Source: Dehalococcoidia bacterium
GTDB taxonomy: Bacteria > Chloroflexota > Dehalococcoidia > Lucifugimonadales > Australimonadaceae
DNA: 64,000 nucleotides
Assembly: GCA_963579135.1 (NCBI GenBank)
Contig: CAUZFB010000004.1
Coordinates: 11,583-75,582, forward strand
Direction of reading: 5' to 3'
The notes under the pieces are model-generated. The model ran no database searches. It saw only the letters and a list, made by a program, of their open reading frames with translations, and was not told where the DNA came from. Made by a program: the position numbers and the translations under genes. Below, in pieces: positions 49,380 to 58,571 of the stretch (position 1 is its first letter; every line of letters starts with the position of its first letter).

Positions 49380-50333
49380 CTACGCGTCGAACATCGCGCC
49401 GACGGACAGGCCGGAGTGGATCCGGTGAATGGCCTCACCGAACAACGCAGCCACGGACACGACTTTGACTGTCCCGTTGCGTTTTTCTGGTGGCAACGGC
49501 ACAGTGTCGGTGCAAATCAACTCTTTGATCACGCTCTCCTGGAAGCGATCGACCGCATTCCCAGACAACACAGCGTGGGTGCTTGACGCATGCACGCTCA
49601 CTGCCCCTGCCGCGATTAACGCATCGGCCGCGCTCACCATTGAGCCGCCCGTGTCCACCTCATCGTCCATCAGGATGGCATCCATGCCATCGACTTCACC
49701 GATGATGTTCAGTAGTTCGGTCTTGTCCTGATTGCCCGAAACCCGCCGCTTCTCCACGATTGCCAGCGGCACGTCCAAGCGCTCGGCGAGATCGCGCGCC
49801 CGCTTGCTGATGCCGATGTCCACGGCAACAACCACTGGGTTCGGGAGAGCCTTCTCCGCGAAATAACGAGCCAGTAACGGCAAGGCCGTCAACTCATCAA
49901 CCGGAATGTTGAAGAAACCCTGAATCTGCCCCGCGTGCAGGTCGATGGTCAGCACGCGGTCCGCGCCCGCCGTCGTCAATAGATCCGCTATCAAGCGCGC
50001 CGTTATCGGCACTCGCGGTTGATCCTTCTTGTCCGTTCGCCCATAACCGTAGTACGGGATCACCGCCGTAATGCGCCCGGCCGACGCCCGCTTGGCGGCG
50101 TCCATCATGATGAGCATCTCCATCAGGTGATCATTGACCGGGTAAGAGAAGGCTTGCATCAGGAAAACATCACGCTGACGCACGTTTTCGTTAATTCGGA
50201 CAAAGGTATTGTCGTTGGAGAACTTGAAGACTTCGATCTTCCCCAGAGGCATACCCAGGTACTCACAAACAGCCTCTGCCAGCTCAGGATTCGCGGTGCC
50301 ACTAAAAATCTTGAGCTCTTCGTAGAGGGCCAT
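49380..50333 (-). CDS. prs: Ribose-phosphate pyrophosphokinase
   Basis: 'LKIFSGTANPELAEAV', 'ITAVIPYYGYGRTDKK', 'DLHAGQIQGFF' and 'ILMDDEVDTGGSM' are present. I chose ATG 50333 with GGAGAA upstream. The ORF track begins at 50384. Confidence 0.94.
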   Translation of the reverse strand: MALYEELKIFSGTANPELAEAVCEYLGMPLGKIEVFKFSNDNTFVRINENVRQRDVFLMQAFSYPVNDHLMEMLIMMDAAKRASAGRITAVIPYYGYGRTDKKDQPRVPITARLIADLLTTAGADRVLTIDLHAGQIQGFFNIPVDELTALPLLARYFAEKALPNPVVVAVDIGISKRARDLAERLDVPLAIVEKRRVSGNQDKTELLNIIGEVDGMDAILMDDEVDTGGSMVSAADALIAAGAVSVHASSTHAVLSGNAVDRFQESVIKELICTDTVPLPPEKRNGTVKVVSVAALFGEAIHRIHSGLSVGAMFDA

Positions 50334-50429
50334 GTCATTTCTCCGACTGGACTCGAGTTGGCGTTGCGAATCTAACTGAACCACAGGCAGTTCCGTGCAC
50401 CCGATTCTACAGGATGAAGGACGGGTAAG

Positions 50430-51563
50430 TTACGGAATGACCTCGAAGATACCGCCTCTTCCGACCAGCCCGACTGTTGGCAACTCGATCCGCTTAGGGC
50501 CGGTCACCACCTCACCCGCAACCGTGGCGTCGCCGCCGACACTGCGCACCGCCTCCAACGCGCGATCGACGTCAGCGGCCGCCACAACGATGCAGAAACC
50601 GACACCCATGTTAAACACGCGCCACATCTCCTCGTCACTCACCCCGCCCTCACGTTGGATCACGTCGAATACGGGCGAAACATCTGGCAGCACATCGAAG
50701 CGGTAGCCCACCTCGGCGTCCAGCCGAAGCAGGTTCAGCAAGCCATCTCCGCTGATATGGGCGAAACCGTGAACGGGGACGCCTCCGCGCATCACTGCCA
50801 ACGCCTCCGGCACGTAGATGTGCGTGGGTCTCAGTAGTTCCTCGCCCACGGTCATGCTGCACTCGTCCAGGTAGCGGTCGGCACCTTCGCCGTTAGCGAG
50901 CAATACCATCCGCGCCAACGTCATCCCGTTGGCATGGATGCCGTTGGACGGCAACGCGAGCACACGATCGCCAGGTTGCACGTTAGAACCCGTGATTGGC
51001 GCAACGCCGTCGAGCACGCCCACGCATGTGCCCGAGATATCGAAGGCATAACCGTCGCGAGGGCCGGTCAGGGTATCGGGGTGCTGCGAAAGCTCTCCTC
51101 CCACGATTGCGACCCGCGCGCGTTCAGCGCCATCGTGCATACCCTTGCCTAGTTGACCCAAGAGGTCGGCGTGCGGTTGTTGGAGGCTTATGTAGTCGAC
51201 CATTGCCACCGGCTCCGCGCCGGTGCACACGACATCATTCACGTTGACCGCGACCGCGTCCCAGCCGATGCCCTCGTAGGAACCCACCAGTTGCGCCACG
51301 GCAGACTTGGAGCCGACGCCGTCGGTCGAGATTGCCAGAGACAGTCGATCGCTCATTCGGAGTACGTTCGCGAAGAACCCGTTTGGAACCAAGGCCTCGC
51401 CGATGCCTGCCCGGAAGCTCTGCGTACGCCCAACCCAGGCAAGGAGGTGCTCCAGGCCAGTCGACGCAGCGTTGGTGTCCACGCCGGACGCGGCATAAGT
51501 CAACGATTCGCTGGACGAAAAAGAAACGGAGGATGGGGACGAAGGGTCGTTCTCAGTGGGCAA
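50430..51563 (-). CDS. purM: Phosphoribosylformylglycinamidine cyclo-ligase (AIR synthetase)
   Basis: 'LTYAASGVD', 'STDGVGSK', 'GGELSQHPD' and 'MWRVFNMGVGF' are present. I prefer TTG 51563 behind AGGAGC. The N-terminal Ser/Pro extension is uncertain. Confidence 0.9.
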   Translation of the reverse strand: MPTENDPSSPSSVSFSSSESLTYAASGVDTNAASTGLEHLLAWVGRTQSFRAGIGEALVPNGFFANVLRMSDRLSLAISTDGVGSKSAVAQLVGSYEGIGWDAVAVNVNDVVCTGAEPVAMVDYISLQQPHADLLGQLGKGMHDGAERARVAIVGGELSQHPDTLTGPRDGYAFDISGTCVGVLDGVAPITGSNVQPGDRVLALPSNGIHANGMTLARMVLLANGEGADRYLDECSMTVGEELLRPTHIYVPEALAVMRGGVPVHGFAHISGDGLLNLLRLDAEVGYRFDVLPDVSPVFDVIQREGGVSDEEMWRVFNMGVGFCIVVAAADVDRALEAVRSVGGDATVAGEVVTGPKRIELPTVGLVGRGGIFEVIP

Positions 51564-51897
51564 TATGTGGCTCCTGTGAGGCTCGAACAAGGGCTTTCCT
51601 ATCTTATAGTCCCAAAGTGCTTTCGGGCCACGCTAGGCGAAGGAGGGCGCGGCGCTCGGACCGAATTGAGGCCACGGTATTGGGTGCCAACGCGGGCGTA
51701 AGGCCGACGACCAGCAGTCACCTCAACGATGCTGCATGTGACGGCATGCACTCAGGTATCGTTCGGCTAACTCGTTGCGCTAGATCACACGCTGCGCCGT
51801 TATTCTCCCTTGACTCTGGAATTCCTTAACGCAAATCCAGCAGTATTGCTGTTCATCAGGTGAACAGGTCTAGGTACTATTCCCAGAATATATCACC

Positions 51898-52659
51898 TCA
51901 AAACAACCCTACTATGGTACGCATACAGAGGAATGAAGCAAAATTTAGAGCATTTTTCAGGTTATTCAGTCGGCATACGATTAGAAAGATTGCGGTAAGT
52001 CCTCCAAAACTCACTCCGGTACAGAGCGTCATCGGCAGTCGCTGCAGCCCCACCCACAGTCCGATGATCCCAGCAAGCTTCACATCATCGAATTCTGTTC
52101 GCCCTTTCGAAAACAGGGACAATCGGAGAAACAGCCCGAATTCCACCAATCCGGAGACTATCGCGTCGGACGCCAAGCTCAATTTCCGTATCCCCAGGCC
52201 CCAAACAGGTGTTCGCGATTCCTCAGATCACAGCACCGAACTGACAAGTGCGGTTGGCACCGCTAGCATCAGCATCTTGTTTAGCGCTAGCTGGTGCTCC
52301 AGGTCGATGATCGTAATCACCAACAACAAGCTAAGCGTCACAACCAGCAGCAGCGCATCCAAAGTCATGCCGAACTGTCAACCAATGACGGCGAACATCA
52401 CGCCGCCGATGAACTCCACGGCAGGAATGCGAGCAGGGATCCGTACGACCCACACACGACACTTGCCCCGCTACACCAAATAGCTGAACACGGGGAACAA
52501 CTCGTACGGCTTCAGTACGTGCCCGTCAACGGGGCAGTGAGAGGAAGGCTCCGTCAACGACCCTCTCGCTAGCAGGCAATCTACAACTACGTTCAGGAAG
52601 CTCGCGACCTAAGCTCCTAGCGCTAAAGTGAACGCAACGACCACCACCATCTCCATCAT
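51898..52659 (-). pseudogene. Prepilin (type IV leader) peptidase A24-family gene with four in-frame stop codons and no frameshift
   Basis: The single 254-codon frame reads MMEMVVVVAFTLALGA*VASFLNVVVDCLLARGSLTEPSSHCPVDGHVLKPYELFPVFSYLV*RGKCRV...VIG*QFG...VITIIDLEHQL...SSVL*SEE...FDDVKLAGIIGLWVGLQ.... Stops are at 52609..52611 (TAG), 52471..52473 (TAG), 52378..52380 (TGA) and 52228..52230 (TGA). The region looks more A/T-rich than its flanks by eye. Confidence 0.75.
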
Positions 52660-52919
52660 TTGGGCAATCTCAATGTATTCATGGGTTTGCGGCCACGGTC
52701 ACTGCCAACGGCCCGCGATGGAGCCTGCGGGGCCAAGTCATCGTGTCGCCACCAATAGAGAACGCTCATCATGCTCCGCGAACATCTGGCTCATGCGAAG
52801 ATACAGAGCCGCTAGGCGCCATCGAATGTCAACCTAGGGAAAGATTCGATTTACGGCAACGCGACACGGCAGCAATACCCGTCCACTTGTCGGCCTCGCT
52901 CCGCCGACTCCCATGTCGA

Positions 52920-53783
52920 TTAGCCGATGTTGAGAAATTCAGCGCTGCGCGTGTAGTTCTGCATCGTGACGGAAGGGTCACGATTCACGAGCGCCCGTCC
53001 GTACATGACATGGGCCAGGCTGCGCACCTCGTGCTCCAACTCGTAAAGGACCGCGCCGGAGTCAACGTCAACGATGTCTTTGAACCGATACTGGTGTTCG
53101 CTGGACTCTTGAGTCACCAGCCCGCGCTCGTTCAAGCGGCCATGTGGCCCTGAAAAATCGGCGATGTAAATCGCCAGGTGATGTCCGTCGTACGGGCGAG
53201 ACTCTTCAGGATCCTCGCGGAATATCAGCGACTGATCCGTGCCCGTCTGTACCACCGCCGCATCGCTCTTACGCACGCTCTTCAGCTCGCTCACCGCGCC
53301 CACGATTTCTTTGTAGAAGCGTGCGATGCCGGCCGCCGTGCCGCCAGGCACCGCGAATTCGACATATGGCACGCCGAACGTGGCGCCGAAGCTGTCCATC
53401 GGCGCGTGGCAGAGGAAAAGGTTGCCCCAGGGACAAGTCACGTCTAGATGATCGCCGTGTTCCTTGAAGGAGAACTGAGTGTCGGCCAGTTGCGGTGCAA
53501 TACCGCGTAGCCGTTGTTGAAGTTCGTCAAGGTCAGGCACCACGAGACCGATCCGACCGCGAACGACCTGCGGGCCGTCGGGGCGCGTGGGGACGTGGAA
53601 CTGCTGCCGACCGGCATTCAGCCACATGTTATCGAGGCCTACCGTGAGGTAGGGGTCGCGAGTGAAACCAAGTCCGATGACGTAAAACAGTGTCGCGGTC
53701 CGCTGGTCTCTGATGCAGATGTTCACGTGGTCCAATGACACCACGTTGCCTGTGTCCTCAGTCGTCCGATCGAACGTCGCCAT
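52920..53783 (-). CDS. Two-domain VOC (glyoxalase/bleomycin-resistance/dioxygenase) superfamily protein
   Basis: 'LDHVNICIRDQRTATLFYVIGLGF' and a second 'HHLAIYIADFSGPH' module are present. Size is 287 aa. The substrate is unknown. Confidence 0.65.
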   Translation of the reverse strand: MATFDRTTEDTGNVVSLDHVNICIRDQRTATLFYVIGLGFTRDPYLTVGLDNMWLNAGRQQFHVPTRPDGPQVVRGRIGLVVPDLDELQQRLRGIAPQLADTQFSFKEHGDHLDVTCPWGNLFLCHAPMDSFGATFGVPYVEFAVPGGTAAGIARFYKEIVGAVSELKSVRKSDAAVVQTGTDQSLIFREDPEESRPYDGHHLAIYIADFSGPHGRLNERGLVTQESSEHQYRFKDIVDVDSGAVLYELEHEVRSLAHVMYGRALVNRDPSVTMQNYTRSAEFLNIG

Positions 53784-53980
53784 CGCACACTCCCCATCGC
53801 TTCAGTAGCATTTGTATAGCCCCGCCGGTAGCCCCATCGAATCGGCGGTATTATAGACAACTCACTTGGTCGTGCGCGAAACCGTCTACCTACGCTCTTG
53901 ACCGGAACTGCATATCGTTGACACCATTCAACGTACCGGGGTATCGGCACCTTGGGTAGCACACCAGTAGGCAGGAACCA

Positions 53981-54202
53981 ATGTCCGGCAGCGTCGCCGT
54001 CAGTACACACTCAATCGACAATTATGCGCCCATCGTGGGGCAAACCGCCATCAACGAACTACGTCAACTCGCCGAGCGCATCGGCAAGGCCGCGAAGGAA
54101 CGTATCGCGCAACATCACCTCATCACCCATCATTTGACCGGCTGCCTCCAGCTCTTCCAGCATGTGCTACCCAGGCGATCAAAGCGGAGCACAGCCCGAT
54201 AA
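53981..54202 (+). CDS. Short ORF whose N-terminus duplicates the N-terminus of the adjacent TreT (relic or paralogous fragment)
   Basis: 'SVAVSTHSIDNYAPIVGQTAINELRQLAERIGKA' versus TreT 'SVPITPKSLDSYEPFVGQAAIQRIKELAAPLAGA'. Similarity is lost after about 40 aa. The TAA stop overlaps the treT ATG (TAATG). Confidence 0.4.
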   Translation: MSGSVAVSTHSIDNYAPIVGQTAINELRQLAERIGKAAKERIAQHHLITHHLTGCLQLFQHVLPRRSKRSTAR

Positions 54203-55512
54203 TGCCCACCAGCGTCCCCATCACGCCAAAGTCCCTGGATTCCTACGAGCCCTTCGTGGGCCAAGCGGCCATTCAACGCATCAAAGAGCTAGCGGCCCCG
54301 CTTGCCGGGGCGAAAATCCTCCACATCAACGCCACTTCCTTTGGCGGAGGCGTAGCAGAGATCCTCGCTAGCTTCATTCCTCTGCTACACGACCTAGGCA
54401 TCGAGGCCGACTGGCAGGTCATTGAAGCTAGCCCCGATTTCTTCAACGTCTCCAAGAGCATGCACAACGCCATGCAGGGCATGTACATCCCCTGGAACAG
54501 CAGCATGGCGGACATGTGGCGCGATACCAACAAAGCCAATGCAGACGGGATCGCAGGCGACTACGATTTCGTGGTCGTTCACGACCCGCAACCTGCAGGC
54601 TTACTGCATTACGTCCGCGAGCGAGACCCCAAAGTGCTCGGAGCCAAGTGGATCTGGCGATGTCACCTGGACACCACGGAATCACTGCCAGAGGTCTGGG
54701 ATTTCCTACGAGGATTCGTCCAGGACTACGACGCGATGATCTTCACGATGAAGGAGTACGTGAAGGGCGCGATCGAAGGGCCGGAGCTCGCTGTCATACG
54801 GCCTGCCATCGACCCCACGAGTACTAAGAATGCGGAGATATCGCCTCAAGTTGTTCGAGAGGTGTTGGACCGCTACGAGATCGACCCCGACAGGCCCATC
54901 ATCGCGCAGATATCCCGGTTCGATCCGTGGAAAGACCCTCTGGGAGTGATCGACGTCTACCGGATACTCAAGACCACGCGCCCTGAGCTCCAGCTCATCA
55001 TGGTCGCGTCCATGGCCAACGATGACCCGGAAGCGTGGTCGCTCTATGAACGTATCGTCCGCAAAGCAGGGGAAGACTTCGATATACACGTCCTAACCAA
55101 TCTCAACGGCGTCGGCAACTTGGAGGTCAATGCTTTTCAAAGCGCGGCCGATGTCCTTATGCAGAAGTCGATCCGTGAAGGCTTCGGCCTGGTCGTCGCT
55201 GAGGCGCTCTGGAAAGGCAAGGCCTTCGTCGGCAGTCCCGCTGGTGGTATCCCCATGCAACTCGCTGGCGGCCGCGCAGGGCGGGTGGCGGAGAGTACGG
55301 AGGAATTTGCCCGGTGCATCGGCGAGCTCCTGGACGATCCACCCGTGCGGGCCGCTCTCGGACATGCGGGCCGTGAGCACGTCCGAGAGAACTTTCTCAC
55401 GACGCGGCTCCTTGAAGACCACTTGCGCCTCATGAACCTCCTGGCCGGGCCTGACGGCTTGCAGCGCAACGGCAAAAGTCCTGCCACCCGGAAGCGAGGG
55501 GCCAAAGCTTAA
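54202..55512 (+). CDS. treT: Trehalose glycosyltransferring synthase (TreT-type GT4 glycosyltransferase)
   Basis: 'LDSYEPFVGQAAIQRIKELA...ILHINATSFGGGVAEILASFIPLLHDLGIEADWQVI...FFNVSKSMHNAMQG', 'VVVHDPQP', 'WRCHLD', 'QISRFDPWKDP', 'DDPE' and 'MQKSIREGFGLVVAEALWKGKA' track archaeal/thermophile TreT closely. Confidence 0.85.
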   Translation: MPTSVPITPKSLDSYEPFVGQAAIQRIKELAAPLAGAKILHINATSFGGGVAEILASFIPLLHDLGIEADWQVIEASPDFFNVSKSMHNAMQGMYIPWNSSMADMWRDTNKANADGIAGDYDFVVVHDPQPAGLLHYVRERDPKVLGAKWIWRCHLDTTESLPEVWDFLRGFVQDYDAMIFTMKEYVKGAIEGPELAVIRPAIDPTSTKNAEISPQVVREVLDRYEIDPDRPIIAQISRFDPWKDPLGVIDVYRILKTTRPELQLIMVASMANDDPEAWSLYERIVRKAGEDFDIHVLTNLNGVGNLEVNAFQSAADVLMQKSIREGFGLVVAEALWKGKAFVGSPAGGIPMQLAGGRAGRVAESTEEFARCIGELLDDPPVRAALGHAGREHVRENFLTTRLLEDHLRLMNLLAGPDGLQRNGKSPATRKRGAKA

Positions 55513-56472
55513 GTGACCTCCCTCACCTCACTATACGTAGGCATCGACGTCGGCGGAACCAAGACTCTAGCGGTCGTCGGCGATGCCAGCAGCCGCATAC
55601 TGGGCCGCGCCGTCAACCCTTCGCGAGCTGACCAAACAGCTGACGTCATCCTCGATGTCATCGCGCAGACAGCACACGAAGCCACAACAGACGCCAGCGT
55701 TGATCTGGCGTCCATCAGAGCAGCGGGCATCGCCTCCGCAGGCGCGATCGACGCTCGTCGCGGGATCGTGGTCTCGTGCCCTCAGATGCCCCACGTAGCG
55801 AGCGCTCCCTTCGTTTCGATGTTCCGCGAACGATGGGATATCCCAACGGTCATAGGCAACGACGCCAACCTCGCGGGTCTCGCCGAGCAGCGATTCGGCG
55901 CGGGAAAAGGTGCCCAGAATTTCCTCTTTATCACGATTAGTACTGGCATCGGCGGCGGGGTCGTCCTGAACGGCGAGGTCTTCACCGGCACGTCGGGCTT
56001 CGCTGGTGAGATTGGCCACATCACTGTCGACACGCATGGCCCCTACGGCCGCAGCCGCACGCCAGGTGCCTGGGAGTCCCACTGTTCCGGCACCGCGCTC
56101 GCCAGAATCACCAACGAGCGCATCGCCGCCGGTGAGCACTCATCGCTCGAATCGCAAGGCGAAGACCTGGACGCCATCGCCATCTTCGACGCCCTTCGCG
56201 CAGGCGATGCCCTCGCCTCGTCGGTCGTAACCGACGCCATTGAGCATATGGGCACTGCCCTCACTAGCATCGTCAATCTCCTCGACCCCGAGATCATCGT
56301 AATCGGCGGCGGGCTCTCCAACGAGTGGGAAGCCTATATCGCTCCCTCTGTGGAGCGGATGCGCGGGCTGAGTTTCGCGGATATGGGTAAGCAAACGCGA
56401 GTCGTTCCACCTGACCTTGGGGTCGACGCGGGCGCCCTCGGAGCTATCGCCCTTGCAGCGAGCCACGCCTGA
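55513..56472 (+). CDS. ROK-family sugar kinase (probable glucokinase)
   Basis: 'LYVGIDVGGTK', 'VIGNDANLAGLAE', 'GIGGGVVLNGEVFTG..GFAGEIGH' and the zinc motif 'H...C.G' are present. There is no N-terminal HTH, so it is a kinase rather than a repressor. Confidence 0.85.
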   Translation: MTSLTSLYVGIDVGGTKTLAVVGDASSRILGRAVNPSRADQTADVILDVIAQTAHEATTDASVDLASIRAAGIASAGAIDARRGIVVSCPQMPHVASAPFVSMFRERWDIPTVIGNDANLAGLAEQRFGAGKGAQNFLFITISTGIGGGVVLNGEVFTGTSGFAGEIGHITVDTHGPYGRSRTPGAWESHCSGTALARITNERIAAGEHSSLESQGEDLDAIAIFDALRAGDALASSVVTDAIEHMGTALTSIVNLLDPEIIVIGGGLSNEWEAYIAPSVERMRGLSFADMGKQTRVVPPDLGVDAGALGAIALAASHA

Positions 56473-56475
56473 CCC

Positions 56476-58524
56476 GTGTTCAAACAGGCCCGTATCGCCT
56501 TGGTACTCCTCGCCGCCCTCCTCATGCTTGCGGCTTGCAGCAACTCGCCCGCAACCCCCTCCCCCACGCCTACCATCGGGCCGCCTACTGCGACGCCAAC
56601 TCTATCTCCGCCGACACCCACCCCGACGCCTCAACCACCATCAGTAAGCGAAGCCCTCGCCAACGCCAGCGCGGCGCTGGCCGAGCTCGACGCGCACCGC
56701 TTTTCGCTCAGCGTGACTCAAGCGAACGCGCCGCAGATGGATGCCTCAGGCATCTGGATCGCCCCGGGCTCCTACGACGTCTCTATCTCGCTGCCGGTCT
56801 GCCCTCCCTCAGTTCCGGGTGCCCCAAGCCCCAGTGATTGTCTGTTCCTGCCTGTCTATCGTGAACTCAAGAGCGAGGGTATCGTCTATGGTCGACCTCC
56901 CACAGATTCGGACGGCGAGTGGGCCTCCGGAAGCGAACTCAGCCGCTTCGACCTCGGATTCCTCAACGAAGAACTCTCACCCGCTCAACACTTGCTTAAC
57001 ACCATCGACTTTACCGGAGAGGTCTTCGTGAGCGAAGGGAACGTCGATGGCACTCCCTCCTACCAGATCATCGTTACTCGCGGGTCAGACCAGGCCACAT
57101 GGGTGCACATCAAACGAGACTCCAGCGCCCTACTGACGGTCGTTCTTACCTCTGGTGAATCAAAGCAAGCGTGGGGTTTCACGAGTCACGACGAAGCGCT
57201 GGCCATCCCACAACCTGTCGCCAACGACACCATCGACCCTCTCGAGTGGCTAGAGCGTAAGACCATACGGCTGGTCGAGGATGATCCCAGCTTCGCGACG
57301 GTGTCGCTCAGGCCCTTCTCAGGCACCGATGCACCGACAGTGAGCGTTCTGGCCAAGGCCCTCTCAACGGGGACAGCGATTCATCATGACGATTTCCAGA
57401 CGACGGGCCGCGTTCTTACAGTTCACTTCACCGATGGCAGCCGTTTCACCGTGAGTCAGGCCGCCCGTAAAGCCACGGATACACGAGTTGCGGACCACTG
57501 GTTCCTCGGCGCGCCCTCTCCCATCGTGGTTCGCTCTGCGAAGCTCACCAGTTGGTGGTCCGCGATCGACGACCACTTCGCAACCGTAGTCGTCGTCGTC
57601 TGGCCTGACAGCCTGGCCCTCGACGAACCCGCGCGCTTCTCCGGCCAGGGATGGCCTGACGAAATAGTCGTCCTCAGCACCGATGTTGACGGGCATAAAG
57701 TAGAGTTCGGCGAGGCTAGAACCGCCCAAGGCGGTTGGGAATGGGAAGGCCCTGTGCCCGAGGGCGTTCAACCGGGCCTCAGGGAGTTCCGAGCCAGCGT
57801 GAAGCATCCAGCAACCTTCGAGCGCCGCCCGGAGACCAAGAGAATCGCCGTGCGCGTACCCGCCGCCTTTGCGGTCGACGGTCGCCAGGTCCACGTGGTC
57901 TACGCGACCGACGGCCCATCGCCCCTCCCCGCCGGCGCTCCTCTCTGGGTTGGCAGACCGGAACACCATGACTCCATCCTAAGATTGCTCTCAACTATCA
58001 ATGACGCCGCGAAGGTTGACGCACCATCGACCGACGTCGACCACACCAGCTCCTTGCACATCGGCCACGCGGACGGCACCGAGACGTTGCTGCACTTCGC
58101 CGGGGACTGCGGCGTGGTTACACCAACGACCGTCTGCAGTGACAATCGCTGGACCCTTTCACATGTGAATCAGAACGGCACCCAGACCAGCCCTACCACC
58201 GCAATCGACTCATCCCACCTATCGGCCTGGTGGCGGCAGCTCACCATAATCATGCCACCGGTGGAGCCCCTCGTGATCCCGGAGGCCATCGGCACATCGG
58301 ACGTGATCACCATCTCAGGACAAGGCTGGCCCACCGGCGACGGGTTGACCATCCAGATCACTGGCCAGGCAACGGAACTGGTTACTGCTTATGTGAGTCT
58401 GTATTTCGGTGGCTACTCGACCTCCATCGACCATCTGACATCGCGTCCTGGGCCTCTAGAGATCACGGTCAAAGGAACGGGCGCAAATGCCCCGAGCGTT
58501 ACCCGTTCCACGCGGTACCCTTAG
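56476..58524 (+). CDS. Large secreted lipoprotein of unknown function
   Basis: Signal peptide with lipobox 'LLMLAAC', then a Pro/Thr-rich linker 'SPATPSPTPTIGPPTATPTLSPPTPTPTPQPP', then about 600 aa with no motif I recognise. The GTG start is 3 nt after the ROK kinase stop. Confidence 0.7.
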   Translation: MFKQARIALVLLAALLMLAACSNSPATPSPTPTIGPPTATPTLSPPTPTPTPQPPSVSEALANASAALAELDAHRFSLSVTQANAPQMDASGIWIAPGSYDVSISLPVCPPSVPGAPSPSDCLFLPVYRELKSEGIVYGRPPTDSDGEWASGSELSRFDLGFLNEELSPAQHLLNTIDFTGEVFVSEGNVDGTPSYQIIVTRGSDQATWVHIKRDSSALLTVVLTSGESKQAWGFTSHDEALAIPQPVANDTIDPLEWLERKTIRLVEDDPSFATVSLRPFSGTDAPTVSVLAKALSTGTAIHHDDFQTTGRVLTVHFTDGSRFTVSQAARKATDTRVADHWFLGAPSPIVVRSAKLTSWWSAIDDHFATVVVVVWPDSLALDEPARFSGQGWPDEIVVLSTDVDGHKVEFGEARTAQGGWEWEGPVPEGVQPGLREFRASVKHPATFERRPETKRIAVRVPAAFAVDGRQVHVVYATDGPSPLPAGAPLWVGRPEHHDSILRLLSTINDAAKVDAPSTDVDHTSSLHIGHADGTETLLHFAGDCGVVTPTTVCSDNRWTLSHVNQNGTQTSPTTAIDSSHLSAWWRQLTIIMPPVEPLVIPEAIGTSDVITISGQGWPTGDGLTIQITGQATELVTAYVSLYFGGYSTSIDHLTSRPGPLEITVKGTGANAPSVTRSTRYP

Positions 58525-58562
58525 ATTGTTCCTTCCGTGCTGCAACCGCCACGCGCCCACCC

Positions 58563-58571
58563 TGGTATAAT
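58563..58571 (+). promoter_or_regulatory. Extended -10 element TGGTATAAT upstream of purA
   Basis: CCTGGTATAATCGG lies about 80 nt before the purA start. The -35 region is weak (TGCAAC). Confidence 0.4.

Noticed and set aside
51851-51869. Palindrome CTGTTCA-TCAGG-TGAACAG resembling a LexA/SOS box (CTGT...ACAG).
   Set aside because: The spacing (CTGT-N11-ACAG) does not fit the E. coli-type box (N8), and it does not match the Gram-positive CGAAC-N4-GTTCG type. It lies just downstream of the dead prepilin-peptidase gene and is more likely a leftover terminator stem.
51564-51897. Possible ZTP or purine riboswitch in the 330-nt region upstream of purM (minus strand).
   Set aside because: I reverse-complemented the region and looked for the ZTP core (GGGUCGUGACUGGCG ... 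CCGCCUGGGCA) and the purine-riboswitch junction motifs. Only vague partial matches appeared. Small hairpins (e.g. TGCATG-N6-CATGCA at 51734..51751) are not diagnostic.
41982-52659. Stop-codon reassignment or pyrrolysine as an explanation for the in-frame TAG codons in the PEBP and prepilin-peptidase genes.
   Set aside because: TAG clearly terminates many intact genes here (xerC, pepP, efp, MFS 36383, dapB, asd). The affected genes also carry TGA stops and eroded catalytic motifs. No pyl genes were seen. Pseudogenisation is the simpler reading.
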